Shown piece after piece: positions 1 to 9,117 of a DNA stretch of 64,000 bases. Below the pieces are notes generated by a model. The model saw nothing but the letters and a program-made list of their open reading frames with translations, did not search any database and was not told the origin of the DNA. A program made the translations under genes and the position numbers. Source of the DNA: a bacterium (GTDB lineage: Bacteria > Vulcanimicrobiota > JABDET01); contig JAJYZB010000001.1 of assembly GCA_021800275.1 (NCBI GenBank), positions 392,624 to 456,623 of the forward strand, read 5' to 3'. Within the stretch, counting starts at the first letter, position 1; each line of letters opens with the position of its first letter.

Positions 1-918
1 CTCAACTTTTTCAATCAAGGTCAGGACATCGCCCATCCCTAATATCCTGGAAATCATTCGGTCAGGATAAAAAAGTTCTAAAGCTTTTAATTTCTCCCCT
101 ACCCCGACAAATTTAACAGGACACCCAGTAACAGACCTTATAGAAAGAGCCGCTCCTCCTCTTGCATCCCCATCCATTTTAGTCAGGATTATGCCTGTCA
201 AAGCCAAATCCTGATGAAACTGTTCAGCGATTTTCACAGCATCCTGTCCTGTCATTGCATCAGCCACCAGCAGAATTTCCGTTGGAGCTAAAACCGCTTT
301 TAACTGCTTTAACTCGACCATCATTTGTGCATCAATATGAAGTCTTCCAGCAGTATCTAAAATGACTGCATTTTTCTTTGAAGATTCTGCTAACTGCACA
401 GCCCCTTTTGCAATTTGAACCGGATCGGATTTATCTCCAAGAGAGAAAACAGGAACCTCCAACTCTTTCCCAAGAACTTGAAGCTGCTTGATCGCAGCAG
501 GACGATAAATGTCGCACGCAGCTAACACAGGCTCTTCCCCACTGTCTTTTAAGAAAAGCGCTAATTTTCCACAGGTCGTCGTTTTTCCTGAACCCTGCAG
601 TCCCACAATCATATAGATTGTAGGAGACTTTGAAGATTTCTGCAGCTTAGCAGGTCCCCCAACCAGAAGATTCATTTCATCGCGAACAATTCGGATCACG
701 GACTGGGCAGGAGTCAAGCTCTCTAAAACTTCTGCTCCAACAGCCTTTTCTTTAACAGCTGCCGTAAACTCTTTAACCACTTTTAAAGAAACGTCGGCTT
801 CCAGAAGAGCCATTCGCACTTCTCTGAGAGCTTCTGTGACGTCCGCTTCTGAAAGTTTTCCTTTTCCGCGAAGTTTTTTAAAAGCAGCTTGCAGTCTTTC
901 TGTAAGGGTTTCAAACAT
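1..918 (-). CDS. ffh: Signal recognition particle protein Ffh (SRP54), N+G domains; C-terminal M domain runs off the window start
   Basis: Reverse-strand translation starts MFETLTERLQAAFKKLRGKG...GLQGSGKTTTCGKLA...LTKMDGDARGGAALS. These are the canonical SRP-GTPase G1-G4 motifs. ATG at 916-918. No stop within the window, so not in the ORF track. Confidence 0.85.
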   Translation of the reverse strand, partial: MFETLTERLQAAFKKLRGKGKLSEADVTEALREVRMALLEADVSLKVVKEFTAAVKEKAVGAEVLESLTPAQSVIRIVRDEMNLLVGGPAKLQKSSKSPTIYMIVGLQGSGKTTTCGKLALFLKDSGEEPVLAACDIYRPAAIKQLQVLGKELEVPVFSLGDKSDPVQIAKGAVQLAESSKKNAVILDTAGRLHIDAQMMVELKQLKAVLAPTEILLVADAMTGQDAVKIAEQFHQDLALTGIILTKMDGDARGGAALSIRSVTGCPVKFVGVGEKLKALELFYPDRMISRILGMGDVLTLIEKVE

Positions 919-1022
919 AATATTATTTGTTATTTGAGAAGCGCTTGAAATTCCCTTTACAAGCCACACAGACCTCCTGAAAATGAAGGATGTCGCTGAA
1001 GACAAGAGAATTGTGTGGCTTA

Positions 1023-2159
1023 ATGATTAAAACTGCTGCTGTTTTGGGCGCAGGAGTCATGGGAACTCAAATTGCGGAACTTCTCTCTAATTCGGGATTG
1101 CAGGTTCTTCTTTTAAGCATGAGGAACAGAAATAATTTTAAAACTTCTTCCTTTCAAACTGGAAACTTTGAAAAGAACCTGCACAATCTCCAGGATGTGG
1201 ACTGGATCATTGAAGCAGTCTCAGAAGAACTGGAAATAAAACAGGAGCTTTTTAAAAAAATCGCGTCTCTCAGAAAAAAAGAAGCCATTGTCAGCACAAA
1301 CACTTCGGGTATCCCGATTTCAGAGATTTCGAAAAATTTCAACGAAAATTTTTTAAACTATTTTCTTGGGACTCACTTTTTTAACCCACTGAAGTATCTT
1401 CCACTCCTGGAAATAATTCCTGGAAACAAAACACTCCCGAGTGTAGTTCAAATGATTTGCGAAACAGCAGATTCAGTTCTTCATCGAATCCCACTGATCT
1501 GTAAAGATACTCCTGGCTTTGTCGCGAATCGCATCGGAATTTTTATGGTTGGCCTTACAGTACAGACAGGAATCGAATATCAATTAAAGGTTGAAGAAGT
1601 AGATGAGATAACAGGGCAAATTATCGGGAGACCTAAAAGCGCTACTTTCCGCACTCTTGATCTGGTAGGAATAGATCACTATATTCACGTTTCCCAATAT
1701 CTTTACGAGTCACTGTTCAATGACCCTATGAGAAAATATTTTAAAGTTCCATATTTTATGCTCCAAATGCTTGAAAATCAAAAAAAATCAGGAAAGCATA
1801 GAGAGGGTTTTTACAAAAAAATCACAGGGAAAACCGGAAAACCCGAGATGTATTCTCTGGATTTAAAAACGTTTCAATACACTCCCTGCCTATCTCCTCA
1901 ATTCCCTTCCTTAGAAAAAGCAAAAGAGCAGACCACTTTAGAAAAAGGGATTCAAGTTCTGGCTGAAGGAACAGACAAAGCTTCTGACTTTTTTAAAGAG
2001 ACAATGAAGTCTCTCATCAAGTATGCAGCAAGCAAAATTCCCGAAATTGTGGACAGCAAAATTTCTCTGGATCAAGCCGTGAAATCAGGGTTCGGGTGGA
2101 AACTTGGACCCTTCGAACTCTGGGAAAAACTCTATTCCCTTTCTCCACATCGATTCTAA
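1023..2159 (+). CDS. 3-hydroxyacyl-CoA dehydrogenase family protein (NAD-binding)
   Basis: The ORF track gives 990-2159. The likely start is M12, giving MIKTAAVLGAGVMGTQIAELL, a Rossmann GxGxxG motif typical of 3-hydroxyacyl-CoA dehydrogenase. It has a C-terminal dimerisation-like extension. Confidence 0.75.
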   Translation: MIKTAAVLGAGVMGTQIAELLSNSGLQVLLLSMRNRNNFKTSSFQTGNFEKNLHNLQDVDWIIEAVSEELEIKQELFKKIASLRKKEAIVSTNTSGIPISEISKNFNENFLNYFLGTHFFNPLKYLPLLEIIPGNKTLPSVVQMICETADSVLHRIPLICKDTPGFVANRIGIFMVGLTVQTGIEYQLKVEEVDEITGQIIGRPKSATFRTLDLVGIDHYIHVSQYLYESLFNDPMRKYFKVPYFMLQMLENQKKSGKHREGFYKKITGKTGKPEMYSLDLKTFQYTPCLSPQFPSLEKAKEQTTLEKGIQVLAEGTDKASDFFKETMKSLIKYAASKIPEIVDSKISLDQAVKSGFGWKLGPFELWEKLYSLSPHRF

Positions 2160-2161
2160 TT

Positions 2162-3385
2162 ATGAAAAAAGAAAAAGAACATCTCGCGCGCGGAAATTCT
2201 TTTATCCCTCCAGCTCCTCTTTATTCTGTTCAAAACATTTTTGTATATCTAAATCGCTGGTTTTTGTCAAGCGATGTTACCTGGGATATTGAGGGAATAG
2301 AAAACTGGAAATCTATCCCAAAAGGGACAGGAATTATTGCAGCTGTTAAACACGCACATCCCAATGATGTCTACGTTATCTATGAAATTGCACACAGAGC
2401 AAAAGTCAGGTGTTTGTATCTTACGGTTCCAGAGGTGTTTGAAGGATTTCTAGGACTGCAGAGATTTTTTGTGCGTGCATTTGGAGGGTTTGCTGTAGAA
2501 AGGGGGGGCAGAAACGTTCAAGCCATACGGTTTATTATAGAAGAATTAAAAAAAGGAGACTCTTCTCTCGTGGTTTTTCCCGAAGGAGAACTTTTTTATC
2601 TGAATGATTACGTCACTCCTTTAAAACAAGGGAATGCCTATTTTGCTTTAGAAGGAGCTAAAGCGAGATCTCTGGATGGAAAACCAGACAGTCTTTACTT
2701 CCTACCCATTGCTCTGAAATATGTTTATCAAGAAGATATCACTTCGTTTCTTAAAAAAAATCTGTCAACTCTAGAAGAAATCTTATTTAAAAAAACAAGA
2801 ACAGGGGAAATTATTGACCGAATACAGGGGCTTATGGATGAACTGCTTTCAAGAGCTGAAAAAGAGTTTAAAGTTTCCCCTCAGGGAAAAACTCCTGAAG
2901 AAAAATTCTGGAGTTTGAGTCAACTCCTGGTAGAAAAACTTGAAATGGAGGAATTTAGAAAGATTTCAAATGGGGAAATTTCAGACCGAGATAGGGTTTT
3001 CATGGCGCGATACGAGAAAACAACTAAAAAATTTAAACAAGCGTTCTGGAGCCTGTACAGCCTTTCATTTCTGCCTGGCTATCTGGACTCAGGCGACCAG
3101 TATCGGATGATGGAAACAATCCTAAAAATAAACAGGCTGATAACAGGAAATGAGATTCCGCTTTTTCCAGGACAGCGGCGCCTTCTGGTAAAAGTAAAAA
3201 AGCCTCTCTCGGTTCAACCTTACCTGGAAAAGTATCTAAAGCCGGACACAAAAAAAGAAGCGATGCAGAACTTATTGACAGATCTGCGCTCAACCTTGCA
3301 GAAATCAGTCAACGACCTGCGGAAAAAAGCTCAAAATTTTTCCTGGCAGCCAGGAGGTCTGCCCTCCACTCCGAACAAGAACTGA
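2162..3385 (+). CDS. PlsC-family (lysophospholipid) acyltransferase with a long C-terminal extension
   Basis: HAHPNDV fits the HX4D acyltransferase motif, and FPEGE fits the FPEGTR-like motif. ATG at 2162 sits directly after the upstream stop at 2157-2159. The track ORF 2096-3385 includes an N-terminal extension that overlaps the upstream gene. Confidence 0.6.
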   Translation: MKKEKEHLARGNSFIPPAPLYSVQNIFVYLNRWFLSSDVTWDIEGIENWKSIPKGTGIIAAVKHAHPNDVYVIYEIAHRAKVRCLYLTVPEVFEGFLGLQRFFVRAFGGFAVERGGRNVQAIRFIIEELKKGDSSLVVFPEGELFYLNDYVTPLKQGNAYFALEGAKARSLDGKPDSLYFLPIALKYVYQEDITSFLKKNLSTLEEILFKKTRTGEIIDRIQGLMDELLSRAEKEFKVSPQGKTPEEKFWSLSQLLVEKLEMEEFRKISNGEISDRDRVFMARYEKTTKKFKQAFWSLYSLSFLPGYLDSGDQYRMMETILKINRLITGNEIPLFPGQRRLLVKVKKPLSVQPYLEKYLKPDTKKEAMQNLLTDLRSTLQKSVNDLRKKAQNFSWQPGGLPSTPNKN

Positions 3386-3389
3386 CAGG

Positions 3390-4367
3390 ATGAAAAGCTT
3401 CTGGATTGGGAACTTAAAAATCGAACACCCGATTATTTTAGCTCCTATGGAACATGTGACCAACTCTATTTTTCGTAGAATTGTGAAACCTTTTGGAGCC
3501 AGCTTAATGTTCACGGAATTCTGCTCATCTGATGGACTGATCTATGGGAAAGAAAAAATCTGGGAGATGGTTCGTTTCCATGAATCTGAAAGACCTGTCG
3601 CTATCCAGATTTTCGGGAACAGCCCTAAAATCATGTCTGAATGCGCTAAAAAAATGGAGGACTTAGGCGCTGACATCCTGGATATTAACTGTGGGTGTTC
3701 TGTGCCAAAGATGGAAAAATGCCAGTCCGGAGCCTATTTAACAAGAGATCTGTCTTTATTAAAAAGGGTCATGGAGTCAGTTCGAAAAGCGGTTCAAATT
3801 CCTGTTACTATTAAGGTGCGAAAAGGATGGGACGAAAACCACCTGACCTGCTTTGACATCGCAAAAATGGCAGAAATCCTTGGATTTAATGCAATCACGA
3901 TCCATGGACGCACCAGTGTCCAGGGGTACACGGGAAAAGCGGATTGGGAAACCATTGATCAAGTGGCTCGCATGGTCAAGATTCCGGTCATAGGCAGCGG
4001 GGATATTACAAACGCAGAAACTGCCTTTGAAAAATTAAGTCGGACCGCAATTTCAGGAATCATGATTGGCAGAGGGGTTATAGGAAATCCCTGGATCTTC
4101 CCTGAAATATCTTACTATCTAGAAAAGAAAAGAAACCTGCCTGCCCCGCTTCCACAGGAAAAAATGAAAATCATGTTAAAACATCTCGAAATGGGGATTG
4201 AAGAATACGGAGAAACCGAGGGGATCCTGCAAACACGCCGACATCTCACCTGGTATGTAAAAGGGCTTCATAATTCTACTTATTTCCGAGGAAAGCTCCA
4301 AAGTCTAACCAACAGAAATGAGATCGAAGAAGAAATCGCTAAATTTTTCTTTCCGCTGCTCAATTAA
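3390..4367 (+). CDS. dusB: tRNA-dihydrouridine synthase (Dus family, DusB-like)
   Basis: ILAPMEHVTNSIFRR near the N-terminus; NCGC at the catalytic Cys; IGRG near the C-terminus. This is the FMN TIM-barrel Dus signature. Confidence 0.85.
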   Translation: MKSFWIGNLKIEHPIILAPMEHVTNSIFRRIVKPFGASLMFTEFCSSDGLIYGKEKIWEMVRFHESERPVAIQIFGNSPKIMSECAKKMEDLGADILDINCGCSVPKMEKCQSGAYLTRDLSLLKRVMESVRKAVQIPVTIKVRKGWDENHLTCFDIAKMAEILGFNAITIHGRTSVQGYTGKADWETIDQVARMVKIPVIGSGDITNAETAFEKLSRTAISGIMIGRGVIGNPWIFPEISYYLEKKRNLPAPLPQEKMKIMLKHLEMGIEEYGETEGILQTRRHLTWYVKGLHNSTYFRGKLQSLTNRNEIEEEIAKFFFPLLN

Positions 4368-4387
4368 AAGAGCGGCTAAGATCAATC

Positions 4388-6535
4388 GTGGAAACTCAGA
4401 ACTCTCCTGGTTCTCAATATTTAAAAAATCTTCTGACTTTAATGAAGGTTCTAGAAGCACGCAACCCGTTTAATGTCAAACACTGCGAGTTAGTGGCGCA
4501 GTATGTTCAAGAAATCGGAAAAGAAGCAGGGGTTCTCCCTGGTGTCGTGGAGAAATCACATCTAGCAGCTCAGGTGCATACCCTTGGAGTTCTCCTTCAA
4601 ATTGAGGAAAAGAAAGCCCTATTCTCCCTCCCTCTTTGTTCTGACCATGAAAACTTGAGATCGGTTTCTTTAATCCAACGAGAAGAAGACATTCTGCGCA
4701 GCGCTTTCAGTGGTGATTCTCGTCTCAATGAAATAATCCCCATCATTCTCCAAAGACACGAATGGTTCAATGGGAGTGGAGTAAAAGGTATAAAGGGAGA
4801 AAAAATTTTAGAGGAAGCCAGACTGCTGGCTGCAGCTGATGCATACGTGGATCTCGCTACTCCCAAATCACATCGTTATCCCGCAACAGGAATTGAAGTG
4901 ATGCGCCGAATTTCAGAACTTGCAGGATCTGAATTTGATCCTGTATTTGTGAATGCTCTTGCCTCCATTGTTTCGAAAGGAGAAAAATGGAATGCCCAAG
5001 AAAGAGCTTACCGCTTTACCCATGCACAGTGTCTCCACTGGCTGGATCTGGGGGATTTCTACCGTCAGAGTCAGCAGTCGGATTGGGCAGTTCGGTGTTA
5101 CACACTTGCTCTCCGCACAGCAGAAGAAATGGAAAACCCGGAATTAATTGTCAACGCCCTTTCAAAACTCTTCATGGCTTACTGGAATTCAGGGGACATA
5201 GAATCTGCTCAAGCCCTTCTCGATCGGGTTCAGAAAGAAGCTGCCTCTGTCTCCCCTGTTTTAACCCAGAGATCCCGCATTTTAAGAGGTCTTCTGGAAT
5301 GGGCTGATGGCAGAAAAGAAAAAGGAGTAGAAATCCTTGAACCTCTCGCTAAAGAATTTAGCAGTGGCCAGGATTTGATCGGACTTTTCACAACCCTTCT
5401 TTTTCTCTCAAGTTTGACCCTTCTCCAAAATCAAAAAGATCAAAAAACACACATCGAATGGCTGACAAAGTTTTTAAATCTCTTGAACCAGCATGATTTA
5501 TTTGATTTAATGATCCAATATCGCCCGTACGTGCTTCTTCTTTTATTAAGCGGCATTATTCACCAAGTGAATCCTCCCTTGTGCCGAATTCTTTTAACCC
5601 GCATGGGAGAGCCCTGTGTCCCCCATCTTGAAGAAAAACTAAGTGAGCTTCCGCCAGCGAAGTGGATGGATATTCTTCCAATTGAACTCCCCTTTTCTTA
5701 TTCTCCTGCAAAGATTTCAGTTGGACAAGAAAAAAAAGCGGCAATTCTCTCATCTCATTCCGAATCTAACAAAACTCTGCAAATCTTCTTCCTGGGCTCC
5801 TTTAGAGTGGAAACTGAAGGGAAAGTGATCACAGAAGAAAATTGGCCGACCCAAAAAGCCATGAAACTTTTTGCTTTCTTAGCTTACCGCCGCCAGAGCC
5901 CTGTCTCAGATGAAATCCTGCTTGAACATTTTTGGCCTGACAGAGAAGAAGAAAAAGCGCGAAACAGTTTAAGAAATGCGCTCCATCATGTTCGATCCCT
6001 TTTCAAAGATTTTGTGCCGGAAAAAGAGTCAGTCAAATTCCTTGTCAGAAGCAGAAAAACAGGAACTCTTTCCCTTAATCTTCCTCTTTTTGTGGACATC
6101 GAGGAATTTGAAAACTTATATTCTGCAGCCTGCCCTCTCGTTTCAGAAAAAAAATACTCGGAAGCTCTCCCTATCCTCAAACAATCCCTTTCCTTTAACA
6201 AAGGAGATTTTCTTGAAAACATCAAAGACGAATGGACAGAAACACCCCGAACTCACTTTTCCTTAACATTCCTGAAAACCACACTGCTAATGTCCAAATG
6301 CTGCCTTTTAACAGGTGATTATGAAGCCGCTGAGCTAGCGGCAAGGCAGATCCTTATCAAAGATGACCTGCAGGAAGAAGCTTATCATTATTTAATTGAA
6401 TCTCTCCTGAAACAAGGGAAAAAAACAGAAGCCTTAAAACAGTATCAGGAAGCCATACATCATTTAGAAAAAGAACTTGGAATTTCTGTTTCCTCCGATT
6501 TTCATCCCCTTTATGAAAAGATAATAAAATCCTGA
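4388..6535 (+). CDS. Multidomain regulator: N-terminal degenerate HD-GYP-like domain, central TPR-like region, C-terminal SARP-type winged-helix plus BTAD
   Basis: The N-terminus aligns with the HD-GYP domain of the response regulator at 44567-45646, but HD is replaced by HT (AAQVHTLG), GYP is lost (HEWFNGSGVKG), and AAADAYVDLATPKSHRYP corresponds to ADVFDALTSKRPYK. The C-terminus, FFLGSFRVETEGKVI...WPTQKAMKLFAFLAYRR...LLEHFWPD, is the SARP/AfsR wHTH followed by TPR/BTAD. GTG start at 4388; an ATG alternative lies at 4442. Confidence 0.6.
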   Translation: METQNSPGSQYLKNLLTLMKVLEARNPFNVKHCELVAQYVQEIGKEAGVLPGVVEKSHLAAQVHTLGVLLQIEEKKALFSLPLCSDHENLRSVSLIQREEDILRSAFSGDSRLNEIIPIILQRHEWFNGSGVKGIKGEKILEEARLLAAADAYVDLATPKSHRYPATGIEVMRRISELAGSEFDPVFVNALASIVSKGEKWNAQERAYRFTHAQCLHWLDLGDFYRQSQQSDWAVRCYTLALRTAEEMENPELIVNALSKLFMAYWNSGDIESAQALLDRVQKEAASVSPVLTQRSRILRGLLEWADGRKEKGVEILEPLAKEFSSGQDLIGLFTTLLFLSSLTLLQNQKDQKTHIEWLTKFLNLLNQHDLFDLMIQYRPYVLLLLLSGIIHQVNPPLCRILLTRMGEPCVPHLEEKLSELPPAKWMDILPIELPFSYSPAKISVGQEKKAAILSSHSESNKTLQIFFLGSFRVETEGKVITEENWPTQKAMKLFAFLAYRRQSPVSDEILLEHFWPDREEEKARNSLRNALHHVRSLFKDFVPEKESVKFLVRSRKTGTLSLNLPLFVDIEEFENLYSAACPLVSEKKYSEALPILKQSLSFNKGDFLENIKDEWTETPRTHFSLTFLKTTLLMSKCCLLTGDYEAAELAARQILIKDDLQEEAYHYLIESLLKQGKKTEALKQYQEAIHHLEKELGISVSSDFHPLYEKIIKS

Positions 6536-6570
6536 AGGGGGACTATTATTCAAATCGAATTCCAACAGGC

Positions 6571-7530
6571 ATGTTAACAAAATCAAATTCTCTAGATCAA
6601 CTAATTCAACAAACTCTAGAAGGACGAGAAGTTTCGTTATCCCGATTGATCACACTGATTGAAAACGAGTCTTCAGAAGCTTCTCTCATACTCAAAACTC
6701 TTTACCCTCATCGAAAAAAATCATACCGAATCGGGATTACGGGTCCTCCAGGAGGTGGAAAATCAACTCTGGTTGACCGTCTAGCTCTTCTGGCAAGAGA
6801 ACAAGGCTTCAAAGTTGGAATCGTTTGTGTTGATCCAACAAGCCCTTTTACTGGAGGGGCAATACTGGGAGACCGAATTCGAATGAGCAAATCTTCTGGC
6901 GACCCTGATATTTTTATCAGAAGCATGGCAGCAAGAGGATCCCTGGGAGGAATGGCTCGAACAACAGAACAAGTAACAGAAATTCTGGAAGCATCTGGAA
7001 AAGATTTAATCTTAATTGAAACCGTTGGAGTTGGACAATCTGAACTGGATATTTACCAGACAGTTGATACCGTTGTAGTGGTCCTAGTCCCTGAATCAGG
7101 AACAGGGGTTCAAGCCATGAAAGCAGGGCTTATGGAAATCGCCCATATTTTTGTCGTCAATAAAGCAGACAGACCAGGCGCCAGTCGAATAAAACAAGAA
7201 ATTGAAGATGTTCTTGGGCTTGCTCCACAGCAGGAGTGGTACCCCCCCGTTTTTTTAGCTCAAGCTTATCGGGGAATCGGGGCAAAAGAAATCTTTGAAG
7301 GGTGTCTGAATCACAAAACGTTTCTTGAAAACAGGAAAAAATCAGATTACACCTTGAAAAAAATCGAAAAAAAATTGCGGGATTTGATTCTTGAAAAAAT
7401 GGAAAAAGAGGTTTTTCAAAGGGATAGAGCTAAAGAAAATCTTATTTGTTATTCAAAAAAAATATTGGAAGGAGTTTTAGACCCCTATACAGCAGCAGAA
7501 GAATGGGTCGAACAGATTAGAAAACAGTGA
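6571..7530 (+). CDS. meaB: Methylmalonyl-CoA-mutase-associated G-protein chaperone MeaB/ArgK family
   Basis: GITGPPGGGKSTL is the P-loop. VNKAD is the G4 motif. Overall MeaB/ArgK layout. Confidence 0.85.
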   Translation: MLTKSNSLDQLIQQTLEGREVSLSRLITLIENESSEASLILKTLYPHRKKSYRIGITGPPGGGKSTLVDRLALLAREQGFKVGIVCVDPTSPFTGGAILGDRIRMSKSSGDPDIFIRSMAARGSLGGMARTTEQVTEILEASGKDLILIETVGVGQSELDIYQTVDTVVVVLVPESGTGVQAMKAGLMEIAHIFVVNKADRPGASRIKQEIEDVLGLAPQQEWYPPVFLAQAYRGIGAKEIFEGCLNHKTFLENRKKSDYTLKKIEKKLRDLILEKMEKEVFQRDRAKENLICYSKKILEGVLDPYTAAEEWVEQIRKQ

Positions 7531-7934
7531 AAAGAAAACTAAAAATTTTAGTTTCTAAAATTGGTTTAGATGGTCATGATCGAGGAGCAAAAGTTGTTGC
7601 TCGCTCTTTGAGAGACGCTGGATTTGAAGTCATTTATCTTGGAATTCATCAAACTCCTGAAATGGTTGTCAATGCCGCTGTCCAAGAAGATGTGGATGTG
7701 ATCGGACTATCTCATCTTTCAGGGGCTCATAAAACACTTTTTCCCCGAACTCTTCAATTATTAAAAGAAAAAGGAAGAGAAGACATCCTTGTCATGGGAG
7801 GAGGAATTATTCCCGAGGAAGACAAAAGCGAACTGCTCAAGCTGGGGATTGTTAAGTTGTTTGGTCCAGGAACATTAACCCAGGATATTATCTCTTATTT
7901 AAAAGAATTGGAAAAAGAAAAATATCTGACATGA
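7527..7934 (+). CDS. Stand-alone cobalamin (B12)-binding domain protein (methylmalonyl-CoA mutase small/C-terminal domain-like)
   Basis: ILVSKIGLDGHDRGAKVVA is the DxHxxG B12-binding motif. The start overlaps the meaB stop, and the stop overlaps the next start (ATGA), so the genes are coupled. Confidence 0.8.
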   Translation: MKRKLKILVSKIGLDGHDRGAKVVARSLRDAGFEVIYLGIHQTPEMVVNAAVQEDVDVIGLSHLSGAHKTLFPRTLQLLKEKGREDILVMGGGIIPEEDKSELLKLGIVKLFGPGTLTQDIISYLKELEKEKYLT

Positions 7935-9112
7935 AACCCTTGGAGGGACTTCGAGTTTTAGACTTCACCCGAATTCTGGCAGGTCCCTTTTCAACCATGC
8001 TTCTGGCTGATATGGGAGCAGAGGTTATTAAGATTGAAGAACCCCAAAAAGGAGATGAAACCAGAGCCTATGGCCCTCCTTTTTTCGAAGGATTCAGCAC
8101 CTATTTTTTAAGTGTCAATCGAGGGAAAAAATCTCTGACCCTTAATTTAAAACACCCGAAAGCTAGAGGTATGCTCATCACTCTTTTGCATTCCAGCGAT
8201 ATTTTAGTAGAAAACTTTCGCCCCGGAACAATGTCAAAACTCAATTTAGATTATCCATCTGTCTCTTCCTTAAATCCTAAACTTATATACTGCAGCATTT
8301 CAGGATATGGGCAAACTGGACCAGAGGCTTTAAAACCAGGATATGATCTGGTGATTCAAGGAATCTCGGGTTTAATGGATCTCACGGGAAATCCTGATGG
8401 TCCCCCTCTGAAAGTAGGAACTTCAATCGCGGATTTAGTCGCCGGATTGACAGCTGTCCAGAGCATTTTGCTGGCATTGATACAAAGAGAAAAAACAGGA
8501 AAAGGAACTTTTTTGGACATCGCTCTTTTAGATTCTTTAGCTGCTATGCTGACATATCAAGCAGGTCTCCATTTCATTGGGATAGAACCTAAGCGAATGG
8601 GAAACCAGCATCCATCCATCTGTCCCTATGAAACTTTTCAAGCAAAAGATGGATATTTCAATATTGCTGCTGCCAATGATAAACTCTGGAAAACATTCTG
8701 TGAAGGAATCGGACATTCGGAATTAATCGCCGATCCCCGTTTTAAAACAAACCCTGACCGGGTTCAAAATCGTCCTGATTTAGTTAAAATATTAAACAAA
8801 ATTTTCAAAGAAAGAGCTGCCTCTGAATGGGTTGACCTTCTGCAGCAGCAGGGAATTCCAGCAGGCTTAATTTTCTCTGTTTCAGAGGTTTTAGAACATC
8901 CACATCTAAAAGAAAGAGAAATGATCATGAATCTTCCGATAAATGGGAAAGGCTTTCGATTTTTAGCCAATCCAATTTCTGTGATTCGCGAAGAAAAAGA
9001 CAAATCCACTCCTCCTCCTTCGCTCGGAGAACACACCGAAAAAGTTCTGCGTGAAATCCTCAAACTTCTTCCATCTGATATAGCTACACTGAAAAGAGAA
9101 GGAGTTGTTTAA
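7931..9112 (+). CDS. Family III CoA-transferase (CaiB/BaiF/formyl-CoA transferase family)
   Basis: LEGLRVLDFTRILAGPFSTMLLADMGAEVIKIE is the diagnostic N-terminus. The catalytic Asp region, IADLVAG, is present. Confidence 0.85.
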   Translation: MKPLEGLRVLDFTRILAGPFSTMLLADMGAEVIKIEEPQKGDETRAYGPPFFEGFSTYFLSVNRGKKSLTLNLKHPKARGMLITLLHSSDILVENFRPGTMSKLNLDYPSVSSLNPKLIYCSISGYGQTGPEALKPGYDLVIQGISGLMDLTGNPDGPPLKVGTSIADLVAGLTAVQSILLALIQREKTGKGTFLDIALLDSLAAMLTYQAGLHFIGIEPKRMGNQHPSICPYETFQAKDGYFNIAAANDKLWKTFCEGIGHSELIADPRFKTNPDRVQNRPDLVKILNKIFKERAASEWVDLLQQQGIPAGLIFSVSEVLEHPHLKEREMIMNLPINGKGFRFLANPISVIREEKDKSTPPPSLGEHTEKVLREILKLLPSDIATLKREGVV

Positions 9113-9117
9113 AATAA

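Noticed and set aside
2096-2161. N-terminal extension of the acyltransferase ORF (METWTLRTLGK...) and the overlapping 62 aa ORF at 2104-2292
   Set aside because: The extension overlaps the upstream gene's 3' end. A good ATG at 2162 immediately follows the upstream stop, so the extension is probably not translated.
4597-6266. Multiple 60-100 aa ORFs inside or antisense to the SARP-like regulator (and similar small ORFs inside other large genes)
   Set aside because: They are fully embedded in well-supported longer CDSs and have low-complexity translations. These are overlapping-frame artefacts.
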